From: an uncultured Rhodospirillaceae bacterium
Lineage (GTDB): Bacteria > Pseudomonadota > Alphaproteobacteria > CAAGCB01 > CAG-977
DNA: 64,000 nucleotides
Direction of reading: 5' to 3'
Assembly (NCBI GenBank): GCA_900553035.1
Contig: USCC01000002.1
Span: forward strand, 5,514-69,513
The stretch's first letter is position 1. The number at the start of each line of letters is the position of its first letter. Shown one piece after another: positions 29,729 through 38,222 of the stretch. Under the pieces are notes generated by a model, which searched no databases, had not been told where the DNA came from, and worked only from the letters and a program-made list of their open reading frames with translations. The position numbers and the translations under genes are program-made.

Positions 29729-30267
29729 AATTTTTCCATAATGATGTTCTGGTTGGTGTAGATACAGATGTCGGAAGCGATTTTCATCGCTTTGCGGGCG
29801 ATTTCCTCGGGCGTCAGGTCGGTATCGATCAGGGCTTTGGCGGCCGCAAAAGCGTAAGAGCCGCCCGAACCAATGCCGATCAGGCCGTTTTCGGGTTCAA
29901 GGACGTCTCCGTTGCCGCTTAAAACCAGGGAAGCTTCTTTGTCGGCAACGATCATCATGGCTTCCAGACGGCGCAGATAACGATCCGTACGCCAGTCTTT
30001 TGCCAGTTCGACACAGGCGCGCGTCAGTTGTCCCGAATGTTTTTCGATTTTAGCTTCCAGGCGCTCAAACAGCGTAAAGGCGTCGGCCGTCGCACCGGCA
30101 AACCCGGCAATGATGCTTCCGTCTCCCAGCCGTCTGACTTTGCGGGCATTGCTTTTTAAAATCGTATTGCCGAAAGTGACCTGTCCGTCTCCGGCAATGA
30201 CGACTTCATTTCCTTTTCGGACGGAAAGAATGGTTGTCCCTTTCCAGACCGGCGTCGCATTTTCCAT
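29725..30267 (-). CDS. hslV: ATP-dependent protease subunit HslV
   Basis: An N-terminal threonine after Met (TTILSVR) and the GDGQV motif. Confidence 0.95.
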   Translation of the reverse strand: MENATPVWKGTTILSVRKGNEVVIAGDGQVTFGNTILKSNARKVRRLGDGSIIAGFAGATADAFTLFERLEAKIEKHSGQLTRACVELAKDWRTDRYLRRLEAMMIVADKEASLVLSGNGDVLEPENGLIGIGSGGSYAFAAAKALIDTDLTPEEIARKAMKIASDICIYTNQNIIMEKL

Positions 30268-30395
30268 ACGTCTTCTCCCAATTGGTTCCGTTTAGATATA
30301 GATTTTTTTATTCTGAAAAAAAGGCCTGTCTTTTTTTTAAATCCGCGTTAAGGTGATTTAAGTACAGTTTTTCACGTAAGGAAAGGAAAAAAACG

Positions 30396-30983
30396 ATGCG
30401 TCAGGCAGCCCTGGAAAGAAAGACGGCGGAAACCGATATCAGGGTCGAAGTCAATCTGGATGGTACGGGCGTTTATCAGATCGAGACGGGATGCGGCTTT
30501 TTTGATCACATGCTGGCACAGCTTTCCCGCCATGGGCTGATTGACATGAAAATCAAGGCCGCCGGAGACCTGCATGTTGATGCGCATCACCTGGTTGAAG
30601 ACGTGGGTATAACGCTTGGTTTGGCTGTTGCGAAAGCGGCCGGAACGAAAACCGGTATTACGCGTTATGGATTTTCCTGCATCCCGATGGATGAAGCGCT
30701 GACGCGCAGTGTGATTGATCTGAGCGGTCGTTCATGCCTTGTCTGGCGTGTCGCGTTTAAAACGGAAAAGGTCGGCGAACTGGACACGGAAGTGTTCCGG
30801 GAATTTTTTGCGGCAATGGCACAGAATATGGCCGCTGCGATTCATATCGAGAATTTTTACGGGGAAAACAGCCATCACATTGCCGAATCCTGCTTTAAGG
30901 CTTTTGCGCGTTCTCTGCGTGCCGCGCTGGAAACGGACACGCGCGTCCCGCATGCCCTGCCCTCGACCAAAGGAGCTCTGTAA
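30396..30983 (+). CDS. hisB: Imidazoleglycerol-phosphate dehydratase
   Basis: RKTAETDI...DxHHxxE motifs. Confidence 0.92.
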   Translation: MRQAALERKTAETDIRVEVNLDGTGVYQIETGCGFFDHMLAQLSRHGLIDMKIKAAGDLHVDAHHLVEDVGITLGLAVAKAAGTKTGITRYGFSCIPMDEALTRSVIDLSGRSCLVWRVAFKTEKVGELDTEVFREFFAAMAQNMAAAIHIENFYGENSHHIAESCFKAFARSLRAALETDTRVPHALPSTKGAL

Positions 30984-31276
30984 TTCGTTGCTGTGAAGGG
31001 CTATATTAATACGCCCCGGACTTTCAAAGGGTTGTTACGCAATCGCAAGCTTTAGCTTTGCTCAGCGCTTTGATGCCGTGGATTCGTTTTTTTTCGAAGC
31101 AGCTCTTATTTTGTTTTGAAAAAAGGCAAAGCCGCTTTCCGGTGAATATTCATCAGAGCGGTGAGTATTGCGGTGGTTTTTGAGGCGTCGGTATCGTTCG
31201 GACGGAACCGATGGGGCGGGTTTACATCAAATGGGTTTTGCTTTAGTAATGGTAAAGCTATTTTCGGACAGGACAG

Positions 31277-31813
31277 ATGCGGCTGTTTTTTGAACTTTTT
31301 TTAGTTTTTTTCAAAATCGGAACCTTCACCATCGGCGGGGGATTTGCCATGATTCCGGTGATCAAGACGGAACTTGTGGATAAAAAAAAGTGGGTAAAGG
31401 AAAGCGACTTCATTGATATTCTGGCTGTTGTTCAGTCTTCCCCGGGCCCGATTGCGGTGAATACGGCCGTGTTTTTAGGGCTTAAAATTCAAGGGATTTG
31501 GGGAATGGCTGCCGCGTCGCTGGGGGCTGTTCTGCCGTCTTTCATTATTATTCTGCTGGTCGCGGTGCTTTTTCAGGGGATACAGAATAATCCTTATTTT
31601 ATTGCGGCTTTTAAAGGAATCAAACCGGCTGTTGTCGCGTTGATTCTGGTGCCGGTGTTTTCCCTGGCTAAAAAAGCGGGGGTCGGGGGATGGAAATTCA
31701 TTTTACCGATAGCAATTGCGTTGCTTGTGGCCTACGCCCATGTTTCGCCGATCCTGTTTATCGTTGCGGCCATGGTTCTCGGGAATCTGTACGGAATGAG
31801 AAAAAAGTCATGA
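31277..31813 (+). CDS. chrA: Chromate transporter, short-chain ChrA family, N-terminal-type half
   Basis: FGGGFAMIP and SSPGPIAVNTA motifs, about 178 aa. It is paired with the downstream half through an ATGA overlap. Confidence 0.75.
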   Translation: MRLFFELFLVFFKIGTFTIGGGFAMIPVIKTELVDKKKWVKESDFIDILAVVQSSPGPIAVNTAVFLGLKIQGIWGMAAASLGAVLPSFIIILLVAVLFQGIQNNPYFIAAFKGIKPAVVALILVPVFSLAKKAGVGGWKFILPIAIALLVAYAHVSPILFIVAAMVLGNLYGMRKKS

Positions 31814-32337
31814 TTTATTTTGATCTTTTTTGGACTTTTTTCAAAATAGGGCTTTTCAGTTTCGGCGGCGGTTATGCCATGCTGGCGTTGATTCAGGACG
31901 AAGTTGTCCGGATTCACGGATGGGTCACGAATACGCAATTTACCGATATTGTCGCGGTTTCACAGGTGACGCCGGGTCCGATTTCGGTGAACGCGCCGAC
32001 GTACATCGGTTTTCTGACAACAGACAGCATTACGGGATCGTTCTGGGCGACGTTTGGTGTAACGCTTCCCTCAGTGATCGTAACGTCGATTTTATTTGTG
32101 TTCATCAACCGGTTCAAGGATTCGCCTTTTATCACAAATGCTTTCAAGGGATTAAAGCCGACCGTGATCGGATTGATTTTAAGTGCGGCACTTGTTCTGA
32201 TGACTCCGGATAATTTTATTGACGTAAAAAGCTACCTGCTTTTTGCGGGAGCGTTTATCGCCTGCTATAAATATCATCTGAGTCCCATCGGGCTTGTGGT
32301 TATTTCGGGGGTTTTGGGGATTATCCTGTATGCCTGA
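31810..32337 (+). CDS. chrA: Chromate transporter, short-chain ChrA family, C-terminal-type half
   Basis: FGGGYAMLAL and TPGPISVNA motifs. It forms a typical paired short-chain ChrA heterodimer arrangement with the upstream half. Confidence 0.75.
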   Translation: MIYFDLFWTFFKIGLFSFGGGYAMLALIQDEVVRIHGWVTNTQFTDIVAVSQVTPGPISVNAPTYIGFLTTDSITGSFWATFGVTLPSVIVTSILFVFINRFKDSPFITNAFKGLKPTVIGLILSAALVLMTPDNFIDVKSYLLFAGAFIACYKYHLSPIGLVVISGVLGIILYA

Positions 32338-32390
32338 GTTTTGATAACGATGTCAAAACGATCTTTACACCAAGCTAAAAACAGGCCTTG

Positions 32391-32412
32391 AATTGTTTCA
32401 CGTGAAACAATT
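32391..32412. promoter_or_regulatory. parS: parS centromere site 1
   Basis: 22-bp perfect palindrome AATTGTTTCACGTGAAACAATT. The core TGTTTCACGTGAAACA is identical to the canonical parS consensus. Confidence 0.85.
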
Positions 32413-32511
32413 TCCAACGCCTTGATTTTATGTATAATGTAAAAATAATATAATTTTCCGCTTTGGTTTTTGGTAAAGAAAATGTATTTTTAATTCCATA
32501 GGGATAGCTGG

Positions 32512-32531
32512 AATGTTTCACGTGAAACATT
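32512..32531. promoter_or_regulatory. parS: parS centromere site 2, abutting the rsmG ribosome-binding site
   Basis: AATGTTTCACGTGAAACATT perfect palindrome, 120 bp from site 1 and ending 1-3 nt before the AAAGGAG Shine-Dalgarno of rsmG. Confidence 0.85.
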
Positions 32532-32548
32532 AAAGGAGTTTTCTGGAA

Positions 32549-33169
32549 ATGACGCATGATCGCGCCTTTGTTCAAAAACAGTTCGGTCTGACAGAGGAAA
32601 CGATGTCAAAACTGGATCTGTACCTTTCCCTGCTGAATGAATGGCAGGAAAAAATGAATCTGGTCAGCCGCACGACTCTTCCGGAAGTGTGGGAACGACA
32701 TATACTGGATTCGGCTCAGATTTTTCCCTTCCTGTCTTCAGAAGATAAAACGATTCTGGATATGGGAAGCGGTGCCGGATTTCCAGCACTTGTCCTGGCG
32801 GTAATGGATAAGGAAAAATCGTTCAGGATTCATCTGGCAGAAAGCGACTGTAAAAAATGCCAGTTTCTGAATGCCGTGATACAGGCCTGTGATTTGAATG
32901 CGACCGTACATAACGAACGTTTGGAAAACATGTCTCTGTCTTGTGCGGATGTCCTGACGGCTCGCGCTTTGGCACCTTTGGAAAAGCTGATCCGATATGC
33001 CCGTCCTTTTATCGGAAAGAAAACGCGCTGCATCTTTCTCAAAGGTCGGAAAGCACCGGAAGAAATACAGGATGCCGAAAAGAAATGGCGTTTTCAGTGC
33101 GAAAAACATTCCAGCCTGTCCAGCAGTGAAGGACAGTTGCTGATTTTATCAGGGATCGGAAAAAAATGA
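32549..33169 (+). CDS. rsmG: 16S rRNA (guanine527-N7)-methyltransferase RsmG (GidB)
   Basis: DMGSGAGFP SAM motif and conserved rsmG-parA-parB synteny. Confidence 0.92.
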   Translation: MTHDRAFVQKQFGLTEETMSKLDLYLSLLNEWQEKMNLVSRTTLPEVWERHILDSAQIFPFLSSEDKTILDMGSGAGFPALVLAVMDKEKSFRIHLAESDCKKCQFLNAVIQACDLNATVHNERLENMSLSCADVLTARALAPLEKLIRYARPFIGKKTRCIFLKGRKAPEEIQDAEKKWRFQCEKHSSLSSSEGQLLILSGIGKK

Positions 33170-33954
33170 CGTACGCTAAGCCAAGAATCATTTCGATATC
33201 AAATCAAAAAGGCGGCGTCGGAAAAACAACGACAGCCGTCAATCTGGCAACGGCAATGGCTGCGGTTCATAAACGCGTCCTTGTCCTGGATCTTGATCCG
33301 CAGGGGAATGCGACGACAAGCCTTGGGATTGACCGCAAAGTCCCGGCTAAAAACATGTATCAGGTTTTGATGGGGGAGACAAAAATATCTTCATCTCTTC
33401 TCTGGACGAAAATCCCCGATCTTTCGGTCGTGATTTCAAGTAAGGATCTTGTCGGCGTTGATTTTGAACTGTCGCAGGCGGACGAACCTCAGTTCTTTTT
33501 AAAAAAAGCCATTGAAGCCGAAGCCCTGCCCTATGATTATATCATCATTGACTGTCCTCCCGCTGTCGGTATGCTGACGGTCAATGCTTTGGTGGCGGCC
33601 GATGCCGTTATGGTTCCGATACAGTGCGAATATCTGGCTTTGGAAGGCGTGGCGGATTTAATGAAAACCATTGAACGGGTTAAAAGGAATTTCAATCCCC
33701 GCCTGGAAATTCAGGGAATTGTTCTGACAATGTTTGATGGACGCAACCGTCTGTCCGACCTGGTGGCGCAGGATGTCCGAGGCTATTTCGGAGATAAGGT
33801 TTACCGGACGGTTATTCCCCGGAATGTCCGTGTTTCCGAAGCCCCTTCCCATGGAAAACCAATCCTTTTGTATGATTTTAAAAGCAGCGGTGCACAGGCT
33901 TACATCAGTCTTGCCGGCGAAGTCCTTAAACGTGAACAGGAGTTGAAAAAATGA
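33166..33954 (+). CDS. parA: Chromosome partitioning ATPase ParA
   Basis: Deviant Walker A motif NQKGGVGKTTT. Confidence 0.95.
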   Translation: MTYAKPRIISISNQKGGVGKTTTAVNLATAMAAVHKRVLVLDLDPQGNATTSLGIDRKVPAKNMYQVLMGETKISSSLLWTKIPDLSVVISSKDLVGVDFELSQADEPQFFLKKAIEAEALPYDYIIIDCPPAVGMLTVNALVAADAVMVPIQCEYLALEGVADLMKTIERVKRNFNPRLEIQGIVLTMFDGRNRLSDLVAQDVRGYFGDKVYRTVIPRNVRVSEAPSHGKPILLYDFKSSGAQAYISLAGEVLKREQELKK

Positions 33955-34946
33955 GTACGAAAAATCTGGGCCGCGGTTTAAACGCCTTGCTGGGAGACGA
34001 TGAATCCGAAGCTTATACACCGGCAAAAGGAGAAGCGGTGACGACTGTTTCTCTGTCGGATCTGGAACCAAGCCCTTTTCAGCCGCGCCGCGTTTTCAAC
34101 GAGGACGCAATCAACGATCTGGTCGAATCGATCAAAACAAAAGGCGTTTTACAGCCTCTGCTGGTTCGTTTGAAAAATGGTGAACGTGATAAATATGAAA
34201 TCATCGGAGGGGAACGCCGCTGGCGGGCTTCTCAAATTGCCGGACTGGCGGAAGTTCCTGTTCTGGTCAAAACGTTTTCGGACAAGGAAGCGCTTGAGGT
34301 TGCCTTGATTGAAAATCTGCAAAGGCAGGATCTGAATCCTCTGGAAGAAGCCGAAGGGTATAAACGCCTGATGGAGGAATTTGCCAATACACAGGAAGAT
34401 TTGGCCCGGGCGGTTGGAAAAAGCCGTAGCCATGTGGCAAACACAATGCGTCTTCTGTCTTTGCCGGATAAGGTAAAGGGGTATTTGGAAACAGGAAAAC
34501 TGACGTCCGGACATGCGCGGGCTTTGTTGAACGCCCGGGAACCGGAAACCCTGGCGGACGCGGTCATTTCCAAAGGGCTGAACGTCCGACAGACGGAAAA
34601 ACTGGCACAGAATTCAGAACAGAAGAAACCGCGCGCAACGCCGCCTAAAAGGTCGGATAAACAGGAGGAATGCGATCTTCTGGCGGCTGATTTAGCGCGC
34701 AGTCTTGGCCTGAATGTGGTGATTCGCTCCAAAGCCCGTGGGGGGGAATTGATTTTAAGTTACGAAACGCTGGAACAGTTGGATGATTTGATTCGCCGGT
34801 TAACACAGAGAAATGCGAAAACCGAAAAAAAAGCCGAACAATCGGTTTTCGAGGCAGATGAAGACGGGGAAGTCGTTTTTGCCGACGAATTTCAAAATTC
34901 GTTTGAAGACGATGACATCATCAGTTTGGACAAGATTGAAGGTTAA
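33951..34946 (+). CDS. parB: Chromosome partitioning protein ParB
   Basis: ParB box GERRWRA and HTH region, 331 aa. Confidence 0.95.
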   Translation: MSTKNLGRGLNALLGDDESEAYTPAKGEAVTTVSLSDLEPSPFQPRRVFNEDAINDLVESIKTKGVLQPLLVRLKNGERDKYEIIGGERRWRASQIAGLAEVPVLVKTFSDKEALEVALIENLQRQDLNPLEEAEGYKRLMEEFANTQEDLARAVGKSRSHVANTMRLLSLPDKVKGYLETGKLTSGHARALLNAREPETLADAVISKGLNVRQTEKLAQNSEQKKPRATPPKRSDKQEECDLLAADLARSLGLNVVIRSKARGGELILSYETLEQLDDLIRRLTQRNAKTEKKAEQSVFEADEDGEVVFADEFQNSFEDDDIISLDKIEG

Positions 34947-35920
34947 ATATATCTATATCGTAATAATGCTTTTAAAATATAGGCTATTTAGCAATAAATG
35001 GCCTATATTTTTTTATTTAATTTTATATGCGGAACGATACTCGTTTTTTTATTTTTCGGATTCGTAATGAAATGACAGAAAAACATTTTGAAACAGAATC
35101 GTTTTTTAACATTTTGATATGAGAAAAATCGTAATTTTTAGGCGCTCCTATAAAAAATATCCTTAAAAATTTCGGCCACATCAAAAACAGATTACAGGCG
35201 ATTTTTATAAAAAACTTTTGTAAAAACTTAATCCTCTTCTTCGCAGACTGAAAAAATTCTTCATCCTTTTTGCGAACCCATGAATTCCGGTTCTTCCGCC
35301 GCTGTTTCAGAAAAGTCCTGATCCGAATAACGCTCCTCTTTTCAACAGTCCGCCATATTAAACGTAAAAAATCGACATTCTCAGGCCGACCCTGAGTTAA
35401 AGGAATAATTTCTTTATTCTCCCATGCGTACCGTATCAACGGGTTTTCATGATCTCCCGGGGATAAAAACGACCGTTCTTCTGCCCATCTGCGCCTGTTA
35501 AATCCAAATGGAAATAACCGGATTTCATGCCGTTATGGGAGTAAAACGGCGCTTTTCCCTTGCTGTTTGTGCGCTTCCTGCCGGCCGGACGCTGCCGTAC
35601 TTCGGAAATACGCACGGCATTAAAATGTCCGGCCGTTCCAAACAGTCTTCAGAACGCTTTCAGTCCGCCGGACGTCGTATTTCGAGGATACCTTGGCATT
35701 AAATAAGTTTTTTCCTTCTTCCTTACACATCCTGATTTTTAAAAATTATGGAGACGAAATGCTGATTTTTCCGCTTTCACATAAGCTATAATTTCAAAAA
35801 GAGAACATTGTATTTTCAAACAGTCTCTTGCAATGAAGTGATACTTTATTCTTTGTTTTCCGCAAATCGACCCGTCTGCTTTCAAACAGTGTGTTGTTCC
35901 GTTCGTTTTTCAGCGTGCTC

Positions 35921-36010
35921 ACAATGTCCGCAGATTGAACGCTTCTTTGTTCTTTTGCCTTAATTTCCACGTCGGTGCGCCGCTCTTTTATGCTCCATTC
36001 ATACCAACCC
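35921..36010. repeat. Repeat family copy 1 (AGATTGAACGCTTCTTTGTTC...GCCTTAAT...CTTTTATGCT)
   Basis: 22/22 identity to copy 3 over AGATTGAACGCTTCTTTGTTC, then about 80% identity over GCCTTAATTTCC. It shares CTCTTTTATGCTC with copy 2. Confidence 0.55.
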
Positions 36011-36595
36011 GTTCATGGCATTTTAAGCGGGACTTGAAAGGAATCGGGATAAAACGGAATATACGGGGATATCGCGGGATAAAGAGAGCGAAAATCCTAA
36101 GAAAATTCGGGTGGCGGAGCGGGCTTTTTATTTTTTGGGCGCAGGATGCTTTTAACTTTTTTATGAAAACCCGAAAATTTTGATACAGAAAAGAAAAGAT
36201 CCTTTTCGCGGCTGTTTATTGCGTTATATACCGTTCAATTTTAGAGAAATATCCAAGGGCTTCCACATATTGATTGCAGGGAATTTTCCGATGGCTTCAT
36301 ATTCCAAAGCCCCTTTTAAAGGCCGGAAAAGCGCGTATTTGCTTACCTTTTCTGCCGCCTTTTTAAATTTGCCCGATCATTGTTAACTGTAAGCGCCGCA
36401 CTTTCGGAAAATAAAGCCATCCGTTGGTCTCATCCAGGCGGGTTTGCCGGGCACTCCCCGTTCGCATCCGAAGTCCAGTCCTTTCGGCCAAAAAAGGAGA
36501 GTTCATGATTTAAAATTATTCTGCATTGTAATTTTTGCTGTTTAAAAAAATTAAAACTATTTTGCGCCTTGAGTAACATTAAATTCCGATTATGG

Positions 36596-36700
36596 GGTTA
36601 AACAGTGTTCTTGTGCCTTAACTTCCCCGACCTTGCGAGGCTTGCCGACACGAAGGGACGTCCTTCTTTTATGCTTCGTTTACATTTCCGCGCCAGCCGT
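36596..36700. repeat. Repeat family copy 2 (degenerate, with an internal insertion)
   Basis: GTTCTTGTGCCTTAACTTCC matches GTTCTTTTGCCTTAATTTCC of copy 1. It also shares TCTTTTATGCTTC. Confidence 0.45.
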
Positions 36701-36754
36701 TCTTTTGCTGTTTTTTGTTCTTCAATACGTTTCTGCCCGTATTTTGGGGATGTT

Positions 36755-36830
36755 TTGAGATTGAACGCTTCTTTGTTCCTGCGCCTTAATCTTTTTTGGC
36801 CTTCCGCAACATTTTAAACGGGCATCCGAT
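36755..36830. repeat. Repeat family copy 3
   Basis: AGATTGAACGCTTCTTTGTTCCTGCGCCTTAATCTT is near-identical to copy 1. Confidence 0.55.
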
Positions 36831-36967
36831 GAAATTCGTGTGACAGACCCGGACAATGCGGAAACGACGTTTTCTTTTCCTTTCAGAAAACGCCATTCTT
36901 AAAAAGCCCTCTTTTTCACACCGGCGATGCGTTTAACGATTCTTTGAAGTTCGCCCTCATAAGCGGT

Positions 36968-37354
36968 TCAAATGGTTTCCCAGGCATTTTGAATATGCTT
37001 CGGCAGCGTATTCGGAGCCATCAGCACAGCGTCAAAGCGCATATCGGAATCAGCGTATTCAGGGTGGGTTGAAATGAAATACTCTGCACCTTTGATGCGG
37101 CGCGTCCGAACCGGGACTGAAACGGCTTCGGCCGCGATATCCTGCGATATGCGGTATTTCACTTCAATAAAGACAAGCGTTTTGTTTTTGTAGGCGATAA
37201 TGTCAATTTCGCCCGCGCCGCTGCCCCGCGGCGGTTTGAAGTTCCGTTCCAGAATCCGGTAGCCTTTCAGACGGAGAAAAAGAACGGCTCTGTCTTCGGC
37301 CCGATAACCGTCGGCTCGGGCCTTTAAACCCGTTTTCTGTTTATTTTCCTTCAT
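36968..37354 (-). CDS. yraN: YraN family (UPF0102) predicted endonuclease
   Basis: GEIDIIA...LVFIEVKYR motif. It is linked to rsmI and lpoA as in the E. coli yraLMN cluster. Confidence 0.8.
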   Translation of the reverse strand: MKENKQKTGLKARADGYRAEDRAVLFLRLKGYRILERNFKPPRGSGAGEIDIIAYKNKTLVFIEVKYRISQDIAAEAVSVPVRTRRIKGAEYFISTHPEYADSDMRFDAVLMAPNTLPKHIQNAWETI

Positions 37355-38195
37355 TTTTAATCGCCAGTGCCAGCTCGTAAATTTGTTTCTTATTCAGTCC
37401 TGTCGCGACGGCTGTTCGGGCAACGGCGTCTTTCAGGCTCATGGTTTTCAAAGCTTCACGAAGAGAAGCGGTAAGAGAGTCCATATCCGGTTTTTCGTTT
37501 TTATCCGGCGGCGCGATCAGAAGGACAAATTCCCCTTTTAAAGGGCCGTTTTCCTTATAATAGGACATAAGCTCCGAAAGAGTCCCCCGGATTGTCTGTT
37601 CAAATTTTTTTGTCAGTTCGCGCGCCAGTGCAGCTTTTCGATCCCCCAGGACAGCCCGGGCATCGGCAAGAGTTTCTTCGATTCTCTGGGGCGCTTCGTA
37701 AAAAATCAGCGTTGCCGGAACGGCGGCGAGCTCGGCCAGTTCCTTCTGCCGTGCCGCTGTTCGGACCGGAAGAAAACCTGAAAAAAGAAAACGGTGACAG
37801 GGCAGTCCGGACAGCTGAAGCGCCGTCAGAACAGCGGATGCCCCGGGAACGGCGGTCACGTAAATGCCCTCGTTCACACAATCCTGCACCAGCCGGTAGC
37901 CGGGATCATTTACCAGAGGCGTGCCGGCGTCGGAAACCAGAGCAATCATCTCGCCGTTTTTCAGACGTTCGATCAGATGCGGCCGAACCTTGTCGGCATT
38001 GTGTTCATGATACGGCGTCAGCGGCGCGGAGATTCCCAGAAGGGAAAACAGCTTGGCCGTGACGCGGGTGTCTTCGCACGCCACAACGTCCGCATGGGCC
38101 AGAACGTCAAGGGCGCGGGCGGAAATGTCTCCCAGATTGCCGATAGGTGTTGCAACCAGATACAAACCTTTTATAAAAGAAGAGTCGTGCGGCAT
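37341..38195 (-). CDS. rsmI: 16S rRNA (cytidine1402-2'-O)-methyltransferase RsmI
   Basis: Tetrapyrrole-methylase fold with LYLVATPIGNLGDIS and CEDTR motifs. Confidence 0.9.
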   Translation of the reverse strand: MPHDSSFIKGLYLVATPIGNLGDISARALDVLAHADVVACEDTRVTAKLFSLLGISAPLTPYHEHNADKVRPHLIERLKNGEMIALVSDAGTPLVNDPGYRLVQDCVNEGIYVTAVPGASAVLTALQLSGLPCHRFLFSGFLPVRTAARQKELAELAAVPATLIFYEAPQRIEETLADARAVLGDRKAALARELTKKFEQTIRGTLSELMSYYKENGPLKGEFVLLIAPPDKNEKPDMDSLTASLREALKTMSLKDAVARTAVATGLNKKQIYELALAIKNEGK

Positions 38196-38222
38196 TTGCC
38201 ATCCTTTGCAAAAAAAGATAAG

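Larger units (their letters stand above)
34947..36967. other. Roughly 2-kb ORF-free AT-rich region downstream of parB
   Basis: There is no ORF above 138 aa, and the longest is lysine-rich and low-complexity. GC is far below the window average. It contains a small repeat family and GGGATAwA direct repeats. Confidence 0.6.

Noticed and set aside
30268-30395. Sigma32 heat-shock promoter upstream of hslVU
   Set aside because: No convincing CTTGAAA-N13-17-CCCCAT-like match on the minus strand. It was left uncalled.
32391-32531. The TGTTTCACGTGAAACA palindromes, considered first as a transcription-factor operator (CRP/FNR-like or metal-regulator box) for the chrA or rsmG genes
   Set aside because: The 16-mer is an exact match to the canonical parS centromere consensus and lies directly upstream of parAB. 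The parS interpretation is far more parsimonious.
32375-32575. 66-aa ORF on the minus strand spanning both parS sites
   Set aside because: It lies entirely within the AT-rich regulatory region, is not supported by any RBS or family, and overlaps the rsmG start.
35023-35439. 138-aa lysine-rich ORF inside the 2-kb AT-rich region
   Set aside because: It has a low-complexity K/R/F/I composition typical of translated AT-rich non-coding DNA and no family signal. It is kept only as part of the non-coding region finding.
37794-38222. N-terminal 143-aa extension of the lpoA ORF overlapping rsmI on the opposite strand
   Set aside because: The lipoprotein signal peptide begins at the ATG at 38223. The extension is antisense to conserved rsmI codons.
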